The notes beneath the pieces were generated by a model. That model was not told the DNA's origin. It saw only the letters and a program-made list of their open reading frames with translations, and ran no database searches. 64,000 bases of DNA from Planctomycetota bacterium (GTDB lineage Bacteria; Planctomycetota; UBA1135; UBA2386). The position numbers and the translations under genes were made by a program. Positions within the stretch are counted from its first letter, which is position 1; each line of letters begins with the position of its first letter. Location: assembly GCA_016794485.1 (NCBI GenBank), contig JAEUHV010000081.1, positions 3,133 to 67,132 on the forward strand. Reading direction: 5' to 3'. Below are positions 54,579-62,649 of the stretch, piece by piece.

Positions 54579-57500
54579 TCCGCGTGCTCGTGCGTCAGGG
54601 CGTGCTGGGCCAGCAGGTCGATGCGTTCGACGTGCCGGCCGCGGCGTGCACCAGCGCCAGGTCGTTGCTGCAGCAGTTCGCGTCCTTGCTGCCGCGCAGT
54701 GTGCCGATCACGGTCGCGGTGAACGGCGCACGGTTGCGCGACGAGCAGCTCGACGACCCGATCCCGGACGGCCAGCAGGTCGTGCTGCTGCCGACCACGG
54801 GCGACGTCGTGACCATCATCGTGACGGTGCTGATCCAGGTCGCGGTCGCGGCCGCGGTCAACTACGTCGCGCAGCAGCTGGCGCCCCGCCCGAAGCCCCA
54901 GGGCGTCGCGCAGGAACGCGGCGACGAGAGCAGCTCGACCTACGCCTGGGACGGCCTGACCACGAACTACGGGCCCGGCCTGCCGATCCCGTGGGTGTAT
55001 GGCCGGCACGCTGTCGGCGGCCAGGTGATCTGGTCGGACGTGATCGCGTCGCGCGCCAACGGTGCAGCCGCGCTCGACGATCGCCTGCGCATGGTCCTGT
55101 CGCTGTGCGATGGGCCCATCTACCGGTTCGGCGACATCCTGGCCGGGAGCATCGACGGCCTCGGCGGCCTGGTCGGCCAGCCAGCTGGGCCCGCGATCCC
55201 GTCCGACCTGCGGATCAACGACACCCTGATCCCGCCCGCCGACCCGAACCCAGGTGTGCGGGTTTGGCTTCGGCCAGGCACGAAGGACCAGCCGCCGTTG
55301 CCCGCGCCGTTCACCGGCGTGGCCACGACCGAGACCCTCAACGTTCCCCTGACGGGCGTCATCGGCCTGGCCTACGTGCACACGATCGCGGACGCATCGG
55401 ACCTCGCGATGATCCGGGCGGTCGTCGCGTTTCCGAGCGGCCTCTACGCCGTGGGCCCCAACGGCCAGCCGGTCGCACACAGCGCGACGTTCACGGTCGG
55501 CTGGCGCCTGCCTGGTCAGACCGGGCCCGGCACGTCGCTGCCGACGAACGTCCCGAACGCGGGCGCGGGCGGGCCGTTCCTCGGCTACCACGCGGTCACG
55601 TGGTCGGCGGACGCGAGCGCGAACACGCCGGGCGGCATCACCAATTTCCCGACCGGCCTGTCGGGCCCGATCGAGCTGCTGTTCTTCTTCTCGTCTGTCT
55701 CGGGCACGTCGATCGTGAACGCGGCCGTGCTGCGCGAGCTGACCACGGTCAAGTCGCACACGCTGCGCTACCCTGGCGAGGTCCTGCTGGCGATCGAAGT
55801 CGCTGCCGGATCGCGCTTCAGCGGCGGCCGGCCGCAGGTCTACCACCGGATCGACGGCGCGCTGGTGCGCGTGTGGGATGCGACGAACGGGTGGTCGCCG
55901 CGGTGCTGGGAAGTGCCGGCCGCGCCGCACAACTTCAACACGCACCCGCCTGGGCGGAACCCCGCCTGGTGTCTGCTGGACTTCCTGCTGAACCGCTGGG
56001 GGCTCGGGCGCTACCTAACCGAGGACAAGATCGACCTGCCGGCGTTCCGGCGCTGGGCGGCGTTCTGCGACTCGGACCCGAACCCGGGCGACCCGTGGGG
56101 CGAGCCGTCGCATTGCGTCGACGTCGTCGGCGACCAGCCGCGCACGGCGTGGGAGTGGGTGCTGCTGTTCTGCTCGACCGGTCGCGCCACGCCGGTGATG
56201 CGGAACGGCAAGATCAGCGTGGTCTACCAATACCGCGACGCGCACGGCGACGCCGGCATCACGGTGCCGGCGAAGGAATCGCTGCAGCTGCTGACCAGCG
56301 GCAACTGCGAGGCCCTCGAGGCACGCCTGGTGCCGAAGCGCTCGCGCGCCACCATCCTCGAGTTCCAGTTCCTGAACGAGGAGACGGGTTACGCGCAGGA
56401 CGTCTACCCGGTCGAAGACGACGAGAGCACGTTCAACGACCCGACCGCGCTGCGCCGCGAGCAGACGCGCGTCGAGACGATCCAGGCGTTCGGCGTCACG
56501 CGCGAGTCGCAGCTGTTCCGCGAGGGCCGCTGGCGCCACCGCATCGCGCGCCTGGTCGACTGGGAGATCACGGGCCGCACCGGACCGTGGGCCCTCGCGG
56601 CCGAGGTCGGCGACCTGGTCGACGTCGAGCACGAGCTGCTGCGCCCGTTCGCGACCGACGTGCCGCTGACCCAGCAGGTGACCACCGGCGGCACCGCCAC
56701 GACCACGATCGAGGTCGACCACCACCTGACCGGCAGCGGCCTGCAGTTCGTCGGCCGCGGGACGGACGGCAAGCCGAAGCGTTCGAACATCACGAGCTAC
56801 GTCAACGCGCTCGTCGGCGGCAAGAAGCGCTCGACCCTGACGCTGGCCACGGCCGTGACCGTCGCGACCGGCGCGACGTGCGTCGTGGGCAAGATCGACA
56901 AGCTGACCGAGACCTACGAGCTGGTGTCGATCACGCAGGGCAAAGACCTGGTGCGCGAGTTCCGCGCGATCCAGTGGACCCCGACGGCCTACGACCCGAT
57001 CACGCGCGACGAGTTCCAGGGCATCCTCGAGCCAGGCGACATCGCGGAAGGCACCGGCGAAGACCTGCTCGACAACGGTGGATCCGACACGCTGCCGCCC
57101 GAGGTCTACGGCATCCGGGTGTCGGCGCAGGTCGACGGCTCGCACCTGGTCACGTGGGCGCGCCCGGCCAGCAAGGCCGGCACGTGGGCTCGCGTCTACG
57201 TGCGGCCGGCAGACCTGGTCGGTGCGTGGGTCCTGGTCGCGGGCACCGAGCTGTCCGAAGTCGCGGTGCGCGGGCTCGCGGTCGGGACCAGCTACGTCGT
57301 GTCGGTCGCGCTCGAGAACCGCGGCGGCGACCCGGTGCCGCCTGACCTGGGCGACCAGATCACCGTGCTGCCCGAGGAGTTCCCGCCGTTCGCCCCGCCC
57401 GCGGTGACGAACGCGCGCGCGGTGCTGCTCGGCGACGGCGTGCAGCTCGAGTGGAACCAGATCGAGCAGCGAGACCTGGACACGTTCGAGGTTCGGTGCG

Positions 57501-58234
57501 GCAGCAACTGGCCGGCGGCCGCCGTGCTGGTGCGCGAGAAGGCCCCTCGCGTGGTGCTGGCCGACCCGCCGGCCGGGCCCGTGTTCCTGATCGCGGCGCG
57601 ATCGCGGTCGGGCCTGTATGGCGGAATCGCGCAGGTCACGAACCCGAACTGGACGCCGCGCAACACGGTGTCGGTGCTCGACGAGAACGACCTGGCGCCG
57701 TCGCCGGCCGGCTCGCACAGCGGCACCGCGTGGAACAGCACGGCCGGCGTGATCGAGCTGGCGGCCGGTCAGCTGACCGGCACCTACGAAGGCCTCGCGC
57801 AGGACATCGGCTACCAGGCGCCGTTCTTCTGGCAGGTGCGCGTCGATCGCGAGGAGTTCGAGGACCTGACCGTCGCCGACCTGGCGTTCGCGTGCGGGTC
57901 CGGCGAAGGACGGTGGCGCCGCACGACCGGCCGGCCCGCCAGCGCGGCCGCGCCTGGGCTCGGCTGGCACATGCGGTGCCAGGACCTGACGGGCACCCTG
58001 GTCGTCGATCTGCCGCGGGACCTTCTGGCGCGCGGCTTCCGTGGCGTGACGGGCACGCACACGCGCGTGCTGGTCGAGTCGCGCTTCTACGTCAGCGGCG
58101 TCTGGACGGCCTACGCGGCCCACGTCGACCGCGTCGTGGTCGCGAGCCGCATGCAGGTCCGCCTGACGCTCGGCCGCCGATCCCTGACCTACCGCGCGCG
58201 CGTGCCCATGTTGACCTACCGCGCGTTCCTCTGA
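54575..58234 (+). CDS. tail tip / host-specificity protein: gpI-like N-terminus fused to gpJ-like body
   Basis: ATG 54575 in track ORF 54263..58234. The N-terminal ~110 aa is ubiquitin-like plus a hydrophobic stretch (VVTIIVTVLIQVAVAAAVNYV), as in gpI. gpJ-like sequence follows (YAWDGLTTNYGPGLPIPWVYGRHAVGG...). Confidence 0.8.
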   Translation: MIRVLVRQGVLGQQVDAFDVPAAACTSARSLLQQFASLLPRSVPITVAVNGARLRDEQLDDPIPDGQQVVLLPTTGDVVTIIVTVLIQVAVAAAVNYVAQQLAPRPKPQGVAQERGDESSSTYAWDGLTTNYGPGLPIPWVYGRHAVGGQVIWSDVIASRANGAAALDDRLRMVLSLCDGPIYRFGDILAGSIDGLGGLVGQPAGPAIPSDLRINDTLIPPADPNPGVRVWLRPGTKDQPPLPAPFTGVATTETLNVPLTGVIGLAYVHTIADASDLAMIRAVVAFPSGLYAVGPNGQPVAHSATFTVGWRLPGQTGPGTSLPTNVPNAGAGGPFLGYHAVTWSADASANTPGGITNFPTGLSGPIELLFFFSSVSGTSIVNAAVLRELTTVKSHTLRYPGEVLLAIEVAAGSRFSGGRPQVYHRIDGALVRVWDATNGWSPRCWEVPAAPHNFNTHPPGRNPAWCLLDFLLNRWGLGRYLTEDKIDLPAFRRWAAFCDSDPNPGDPWGEPSHCVDVVGDQPRTAWEWVLLFCSTGRATPVMRNGKISVVYQYRDAHGDAGITVPAKESLQLLTSGNCEALEARLVPKRSRATILEFQFLNEETGYAQDVYPVEDDESTFNDPTALRREQTRVETIQAFGVTRESQLFREGRWRHRIARLVDWEITGRTGPWALAAEVGDLVDVEHELLRPFATDVPLTQQVTTGGTATTTIEVDHHLTGSGLQFVGRGTDGKPKRSNITSYVNALVGGKKRSTLTLATAVTVATGATCVVGKIDKLTETYELVSITQGKDLVREFRAIQWTPTAYDPITRDEFQGILEPGDIAEGTGEDLLDNGGSDTLPPEVYGIRVSAQVDGSHLVTWARPASKAGTWARVYVRPADLVGAWVLVAGTELSEVAVRGLAVGTSYVVSVALENRGGDPVPPDLGDQITVLPEEFPPFAPPAVTNARAVLLGDGVQLEWNQIEQRDLDTFEVRCGSNWPAAAVLVREKAPRVVLADPPAGPVFLIAARSRSGLYGGIAQVTNPNWTPRNTVSVLDENDLAPSPAGSHSGTAWNSTAGVIELAAGQLTGTYEGLAQDIGYQAPFFWQVRVDREEFEDLTVADLAFACGSGEGRWRRTTGRPASAAAPGLGWHMRCQDLTGTLVVDLPRDLLARGFRGVTGTHTRVLVESRFYVSGVWTAYAAHVDRVVVASRMQVRLTLGRRSLTYRARVPMLTYRAFL

Positions 58235-58244
58235 CCCCCCCCCC
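58235..58244 (+). repeat. C10 homopolymer between the J-like gene and the first fiber gene
   Basis: cccccccccc at 58235-58244, 8 nt before ATG 58253. Confidence 0.9.
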
Positions 58245-58252
58245 ACCCGACC

Positions 58253-58882
58253 ATGAGCCAGACCTTCACCCTTCCGGGCAACCTCGACGACGCGAACCAG
58301 GCGATCACCACGTTGACGCCGGCGTGCCTCGAGTCGCTGCGCAGTTCCTTCGCCGGCACCACGGCGCCGACGACGCCCGCGCCGGTCGCCGGCCAGCTGT
58401 GGGCCGACACGACCACGGGCTACCTGAAGGTGCGCAACGCGGCGAACAGCGCATGGGTGCCGTTCGCCAGGCTGTCGACCTCGACGCTGCTGCAGCTCGC
58501 GATCACCGCGCAGGCCAGCGTCAGCGCGACGCTGACCCAGAAGTTCAACGGCGCGACGCCGGCAGGAACCGTGAAGCGGCTGCTGCTGTTGTGCGAGACC
58601 GCCAGCACGAGCAGCAGCGGGAACGAGTGGCAGGTCCAGCTGAAGCGGTATCCGAACAGCGCGCCGGGCTCGCCGGTGAATCTGATCTCGGCGACGGTCG
58701 GCACGTTCACGGCCCTGGGCGGCGTCGGCGGCGCGACCGAGTTCGTCGCGCACAAGGTGCTCGTGTTCACGCCGAACCAGAACCTGACGTGCGCCGACCT
58801 GGACGTGCTCGAGCTGGTGCTTACGAAGGCCGGCACGGCCACGGCGCTGACGAACTTCCGCGCGTTCGTGGAGATCGAGTAG
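58253..58882 (+). CDS. tail fiber protein 1
   Basis: N-terminal motif GQLWADTTTGYLKVRNAANSAWVP is common in phage fiber N-termini. In the position after J. Confidence 0.6.
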   Translation: MSQTFTLPGNLDDANQAITTLTPACLESLRSSFAGTTAPTTPAPVAGQLWADTTTGYLKVRNAANSAWVPFARLSTSTLLQLAITAQASVSATLTQKFNGATPAGTVKRLLLLCETASTSSSGNEWQVQLKRYPNSAPGSPVNLISATVGTFTALGGVGGATEFVAHKVLVFTPNQNLTCADLDVLELVLTKAGTATALTNFRAFVEIE

Positions 58883-58886
58883 CACC

Positions 58887-59738
58887 ATGGCCGTCGACGC
58901 ATTCGGGCTGCCCATCACGACGGGCAAGACCTACATCGCGGTCGGCACCGCGCGCGTGGTCGACGGCGACACGGTCGTGCTGGTCGCGGGCAACAAGGGC
59001 GAGAACGTGCTGCGCGTCAACGCGGCCGACGTCTTGAACTTCGCCGACCTGGTGCTCGTGCTGGCGGCGATCTACCAGCCGCTGCACGCGCGCCTGACCG
59101 CGATCTCGGGCCTGTCGCCGAGTGCCGACCAGGTGCCCTACTACACCGGCGCGACCACGATGGCCCTGGCGTCGCTGTCGAGCTGGGTGCGCGCGAACCT
59201 GCTGAGTGTGGCCGATGCCGCGGCCGCGCGCACCGCGCTCGGCGTAGACCCGGACACGTCGAAGTGGAAGCAAAGCGTGCGCGTCGCGACGACGACCAAC
59301 GGGACCCTGGCGACCGCGTTCGCGAACGGGCAGACGGTCGACGGGGTGACGCTCGCGACCGGCGACCGCATCCTGTTGAAGGCCCAGTCCGCCGCCGCCG
59401 ACAACGGCATCTACACGGTGAACGCCAGCGGCGCCCCGACGCGCGCGACCGACGGCAACACCGGCACGAAGCTGGTGAGCGCGCACGTGCCCGTCGAGCA
59501 GGGCAGCGCGAACGCCGACACGGTGTGGGTGTGCACCACGAACAGCATCACGCTCGGCACCACGGCGCAGACATGGTCCAGCATGGTGACCACGATCAAG
59601 GCAGCGCCGCTGGTGCATTCCCACGTCGGCACCGACGTGACCCTCGACGACAGCGCGTGGGGCGGATCGCTCGCCGGCAGCGGCATCCGCGACGTGCAGG
59701 CCCTCGCCGACTACATCGACGCGAACTTCACCCCATGA
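58887..59738 (+). CDS. tail fiber protein 2
   Basis: Fiber-typical motifs: LTAISGLSPSADQVPYYTG, AARTALGV, VDGVTLATGDRILLKAQSAAADNGIYTV..GAPTRATD. Confidence 0.65.
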   Translation: MAVDAFGLPITTGKTYIAVGTARVVDGDTVVLVAGNKGENVLRVNAADVLNFADLVLVLAAIYQPLHARLTAISGLSPSADQVPYYTGATTMALASLSSWVRANLLSVADAAAARTALGVDPDTSKWKQSVRVATTTNGTLATAFANGQTVDGVTLATGDRILLKAQSAAADNGIYTVNASGAPTRATDGNTGTKLVSAHVPVEQGSANADTVWVCTTNSITLGTTAQTWSSMVTTIKAAPLVHSHVGTDVTLDDSAWGGSLAGSGIRDVQALADYIDANFTP

Positions 59739-60172
59739 CCCCCACCACCACGGTGATTGCCCTTTCTGTTTGCAGCGCGCTCGGCTTGACCGCCAGTGCG
59801 TTCATCCCACAAAGCCCAGCCGACGCTATCCCGTGGAAGGACCTGGCGGGCGGCGGCAGCGCGCTCCTGATGCTGGTCGCGCTGGTCGTCGTTCTGCGGT
59901 TCACGCAGCAAGAGCGCGCGGCGTCGTCGGTCGAGCGCAAGGACCAGGCGACGGCCCGCGCCGAAGAACTGAAGGCCGCCGAGGCCGCACGCGCCGAGGA
60001 ACGAAAGCAGCGCGCCGAGGAATCGCAGGCCCAGCGCGAGCACGTCGAGAAGATCACGGCCGAGTTCTCGACGACCCAGCAGCGGCTGTTTGCCGACCTG
60101 CGCGAGGACACACAACTGGCGCGCCGCGAGCTGCAGGACCTCGTGCGCGAACGACGCACCACCCCACCATGA
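59735..60172 (+). CDS. membrane protein with two TM segments and charged coiled-coil tail (holin- or i-spanin-like)
   Basis: ATG 59735 in track ORF 59264..60172. Hydrophobic segments VIALSVCSALGLTASAFI and SALLMLVALVVVLRF, then a Glu/Arg/Ala-rich tail. Confidence 0.5.
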   Translation: MTPTTTVIALSVCSALGLTASAFIPQSPADAIPWKDLAGGGSALLMLVALVVVLRFTQQERAASSVERKDQATARAEELKAAEAARAEERKQRAEESQAQREHVEKITAEFSTTQQRLFADLREDTQLARRELQDLVRERRTTPP

Positions 60173-60552
60173 AAACGACGCTCCCCATTCTGTTTCTGTT
60201 GGTCGCCTCGCTGCTCGTGTCCTGTGCCGGCACGGCCGCGCGCCAGTCCGCACTGCTGCCCGCGATCGCGAGCAGCTGGTCGGCGGTGCGCGTGCAGGTG
60301 ACGCGCGAGCTGGCCGCCGCCCCGGACCCCGCCGGCACCGCGGCGGTGTTCGACGCCGACGCGGCTCTGGCCAAGGGCGACCCGGTCGCGATCGCTGCCG
60401 TGCCGTGGTCGCTGCTCGAGGGCCTCGCGCTGGCCGACGTTCAACGTCGCGAGGCCGCGGCCGAGATCGGCCCAGGCGTGGCGAAGATCCTGCGCGGTCG
60501 CCTGGCCGATCTGGCCGAGTCGCGATCGCTCTACCTGCGGAGGACCCAATGA
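60169..60552 (+). CDS. lipoprotein (o-spanin-like or Llp/Cor-like)
   Basis: ATG 60169. Lipobox MKTTLPILFLLVASLLVSC. The 127-aa body looks helical. Confidence 0.55.
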   Translation: MKTTLPILFLLVASLLVSCAGTAARQSALLPAIASSWSAVRVQVTRELAAAPDPAGTAAVFDADAALAKGDPVAIAAVPWSLLEGLALADVQRREAAAEIGPGVAKILRGRLADLAESRSLYLRRTQ

Positions 60553-60830
60553 AGGACCCGAAGTTCCGTCAACAGTTCGCCGAGGCGCTGCGCGCCACCG
60601 GCATCGACGTGCAAGCCAGCGCGCCGGAGATCGCCGCGTTCGCCGACCAGCTGGCAATCGACCTGGCGGCCGCGGCCGGCGAGGCCGGGATCGGCGAGGC
60701 AATCGAAGCCAGCGCGGATCGGCTCGTGCAGTTCGCGGCAAGGCGCACCGTGCGGGTCGCGGATGCCGGCGACCAGCGCGCGGTCGCGCTCGCACGCGGC
60801 GTGCTGATCGGCCTGGCGTCCGGGGCGTAG
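60549..60830 (+). CDS. small acidic hypothetical protein
   Basis: ATG 60549 in track ORF 60090..60830 (ATGA overlap). Confidence 0.4.
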   Translation: MKDPKFRQQFAEALRATGIDVQASAPEIAAFADQLAIDLAAAAGEAGIGEAIEASADRLVQFAARRTVRVADAGDQRAVALARGVLIGLASGA

Positions 60831-61157
60831 GTGCCGCCCCGCCGCGACACCCGCCGGCACATCGGCCCGTGGCTGGTCGCGGAGGTCGCGACCAGGTTCG
60901 ACGTCGCCCCGGCGAGCGCGAAGGCGATCGCGTCGTTCGTGCTCGAGTGCGTCGTGCAGGACGCCCGGAACCTGGCCGAAGCGCTCGTGCGCGTCGACCC
61001 GGACCTCGGCATCGCGGTGCGCACGGTGATCGCGCGGCTGGACTACGGCGCCGGACGGCTCGGTGGTTCGGCCGGCGCCTCGACGGGCCTGGCGTCGGTC
61101 AGCATGACCCCACCCAGCAAGCCGGCCACGCCGAGCAAGAGGGCCGCCAGGTCGTAG
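60831..61157 (+). CDS. hypothetical protein (doubtful 3' portion)
   Basis: Track ORF. Its last ~115 nt overlap the minus-strand membrane-protein gene and encode low-complexity sequence. Confidence 0.25.
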   Translation: MPPRRDTRRHIGPWLVAEVATRFDVAPASAKAIASFVLECVVQDARNLAEALVRVDPDLGIAVRTVIARLDYGAGRLGGSAGASTGLASVSMTPPSKPATPSKRAARS

Positions 61158-61306
61158 GCCAGAACGCGCGCGGTCATCTGCTCCATGCCGTTCGCCAGGG
61201 TGCGCCCCTGCAGGAGCCACGTGGCGTCGTTGTAGAGGGTGAACCCCGCGACGCCGCACAGCGGCAGCGCGAACAGGATCAGAACCAGCCCGGCGAAGAC
61301 CCTCAT
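61043..61306 (-). CDS. two-TM membrane protein downstream of the repressor
   Basis: ATG 61306 (MRVFAGLVLILFALPLCGVAGF...) in track ORF 61043..61363. Second hydrophobic helix LAALLLGVAGLLGGVML. Confidence 0.5.
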   Translation of the reverse strand: MRVFAGLVLILFALPLCGVAGFTLYNDATWLLQGRTLANGMEQMTARVLAYDLAALLLGVAGLLGGVMLTDARPVEAPAEPPSRPAP

Positions 61307-61319
61307 GCGGCCCGGGATG

Positions 61320-61706
61320 CTACTCGGGGCAGCTGCCCGACCTGTCACGCGCGCGCGCGGCACGGCGCGGGTGGTGGGCGGCCGGCGGGGTCAGAGCGCG
61401 ACGAAGACCAGCGGTCGCCCGGGCGCGTAAGGCATCGATGGCGCAGACCTGCCCCAGCACGAACTGCAGCAGATCGTTTGCGTCGGCCGAGCTGAGGCCC
61501 TCGCGAGCCGGCTCGCCGACCAGGTCCGGCAGGGTGGTTTCGTAGAGGCGGGCGAGCTGCAAGGCGGACAAGACCCCGATCTCGGCGGTCCCTTGTTCCC
61601 ACCGCTGCAGGGTGCTGTCAGCCACCCCGATCGCCGCCGCCGCCGCCTTCCGGATCAGGCCGCGACCTTCTCGGATCGATCGCAGGCGATCGCCGATTCG
61701 ATCCAT
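61320..61706 (-). CDS. XRE/cI-type HTH repressor
   Basis: ATG 61706 (MDRIGDRLRSIREGRGLIRKAAAAAIGVADSTLQRWEQG..). Typical HTH_3 domain. No S24 peptidase domain recognised. Confidence 0.75.
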   Translation of the reverse strand: MDRIGDRLRSIREGRGLIRKAAAAAIGVADSTLQRWEQGTAEIGVLSALQLARLYETTLPDLVGEPAREGLSSADANDLLQFVLGQVCAIDALRARATAGLRRALTPPAAHHPRRAARARDRSGSCPE

Positions 61707-61814
61707 GTCGAGGTCCGAGGGTGCGGCGTGGCGGTTCACGGCAAAGGGCAAGGACCAGAAATCTAACGCCGCAACCGGCGGCAATGTCCGGCATTGGGTC
61801 GAATCGACGCCGAA

Positions 61815-61850
61815 AGAGCGTTTCCGCCTTGTGCAAGTCGGAAACGCTCT
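61815..61850. promoter_or_regulatory. perfect 12-bp inverted repeat in the repressor / Xis divergent region (operator candidate)
   Basis: AGAGCGTTTCCG (61815-61826), 12-nt spacer, CGGAAACGCTCT (61839-61850). Lies in the least GC-rich part of the window, 16 nt before ATG 61866. Confidence 0.45.
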
Positions 61851-61865
61851 GTAACCATCGAACCC

Positions 61866-62018
61866 ATGGAAAACGACGAAACGACCGATGGCACCGGCCG
61901 CATCGGCACGCTGTTCGGCGGGGCCTGCACGGCGATCGGGATCCTGCTGGCCGTGCTGACTGGCACCGGCCTGATCGAGCCGCTGGCCGCCGCGGTGGCC
62001 GCCTGGGTGGCCAAGTGA
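61866..62018 (+). CDS. 50-aa hydrophobic peptide
   Basis: ATG 61866 in track ORF 61794..62018. One predicted TM helix (LFGGACTAIGILLAVLTGTGLI). GTGA overlap with the next gene. Confidence 0.35.
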   Translation: MENDETTDGTGRIGTLFGGACTAIGILLAVLTGTGLIEPLAAAVAAWVAK

Positions 62019-62320
62019 CCACCAGCGCCACCCTGGCGGCCGTGGGGACCGACGACGAGCTGGTCGAGCTGCGGGCCGTCGCGGCCACGCTGAAGACCAC
62101 GTGCGACAAGCTGCGCCGGCTGTCGTTGCGCGGCGAGTTCCCGCCCCTGCTGCGCGTCACGCGGAAGCACCTGCTGGTCCGGCGCGCCGAGTTCGAGGCC
62201 TGGCAGGCCGGCCGCTGGACCACCGCCGAGGCGACCCGCACGGCGATCGTCGTCGCGGCCGCGCGCGGCGAGGTCAAGAACCGGCGGCGCAAGGTTCGCC
62301 CGGGGGCCTCTGGCGCATGA
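62015..62320 (+). CDS. excisionase-like HTH DNA-binding protein
   Basis: GTG 62015 in the frame of track ORF 61721..62320. ELRAVAATLKTTCDKLRRLSLRGEFPPLLRVTRKHLLVRRAEFEAWQAG resembles Xis/MerR-type HTH proteins. Confidence 0.5.
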   Translation: MTTSATLAAVGTDDELVELRAVAATLKTTCDKLRRLSLRGEFPPLLRVTRKHLLVRRAEFEAWQAGRWTTAEATRTAIVVAAARGEVKNRRRKVRPGASGA

Positions 62321-62649
62321 AACCGAAGGCCCACATCGTGGCGCACGACGGGCGCGGCCCGCGGCCGTTCGGCTTCGAGTGCCTGCACTGCGGATCGGTG
62401 CATGCTCTGCAGGTGCCCATCAGTCTGGCGATGTGGGGCGAGGCGGCGAAGGCCTTCCACGTCCTGCACCGGGACTGCAAGGAACGCCGCGCCGGGGCCC
62501 GCCGGCAGGCGGACTCGTTCACGATCAACGCGGTCGACGGCCGCGACGTGCAGCGCATGCTGCTCGAGCAGCGCGAAACGACCAGGGCCGTGTTCGCGCA
62601 CGGGCAGAAGCTGCGGCGCCAGGACTTGAGGAAGGGAGACGAGGGCTAG
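62317..62649 (+). CDS. small Cys/His protein whose C-terminus duplicates the tape measure C-terminus
   Basis: ATG 62317 (ATGA overlap). N-terminus CLHCG...HRDC. C-terminus SFTINAVDGRDVQRMLLEQRETTRAVFAH matches tape measure residues SFTINAVDGRDVQRMLLEQRETIMAVFAH. Confidence 0.5.
   Translation: MKPKAHIVAHDGRGPRPFGFECLHCGSVHALQVPISLAMWGEAAKAFHVLHRDCKERRAGARRQADSFTINAVDGRDVQRMLLEQRETTRAVFAHGQKLRRQDLRKGDEG
62515..62610 (+). repeat. direct repeat copy B
   Basis: Matches 51598-51693 at an offset of 10,917 bp: 62 identical nt, then scattered mismatches. Confidence 0.95.

Noticed and set aside
60831-61363. Convergent overlap of plus ORF 60831..61157 and minus ORF 61043..61363, both taken as full-length genes.
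   Set aside because: The overlapping tail of the plus ORF is low-complexity antisense of a TM helix, and the minus ORF most likely starts at 61306. Both were kept at reduced confidence rather than asserted.
51598-62610. The tape-measure / 62.5-kb repeat as a diversity-generating retroelement (template and variable repeat pair).
   Set aside because: The differences between copies are G/A, T/C, T/G, A/G and T/A rather than adenine-specific, and no reverse transcriptase gene is present.
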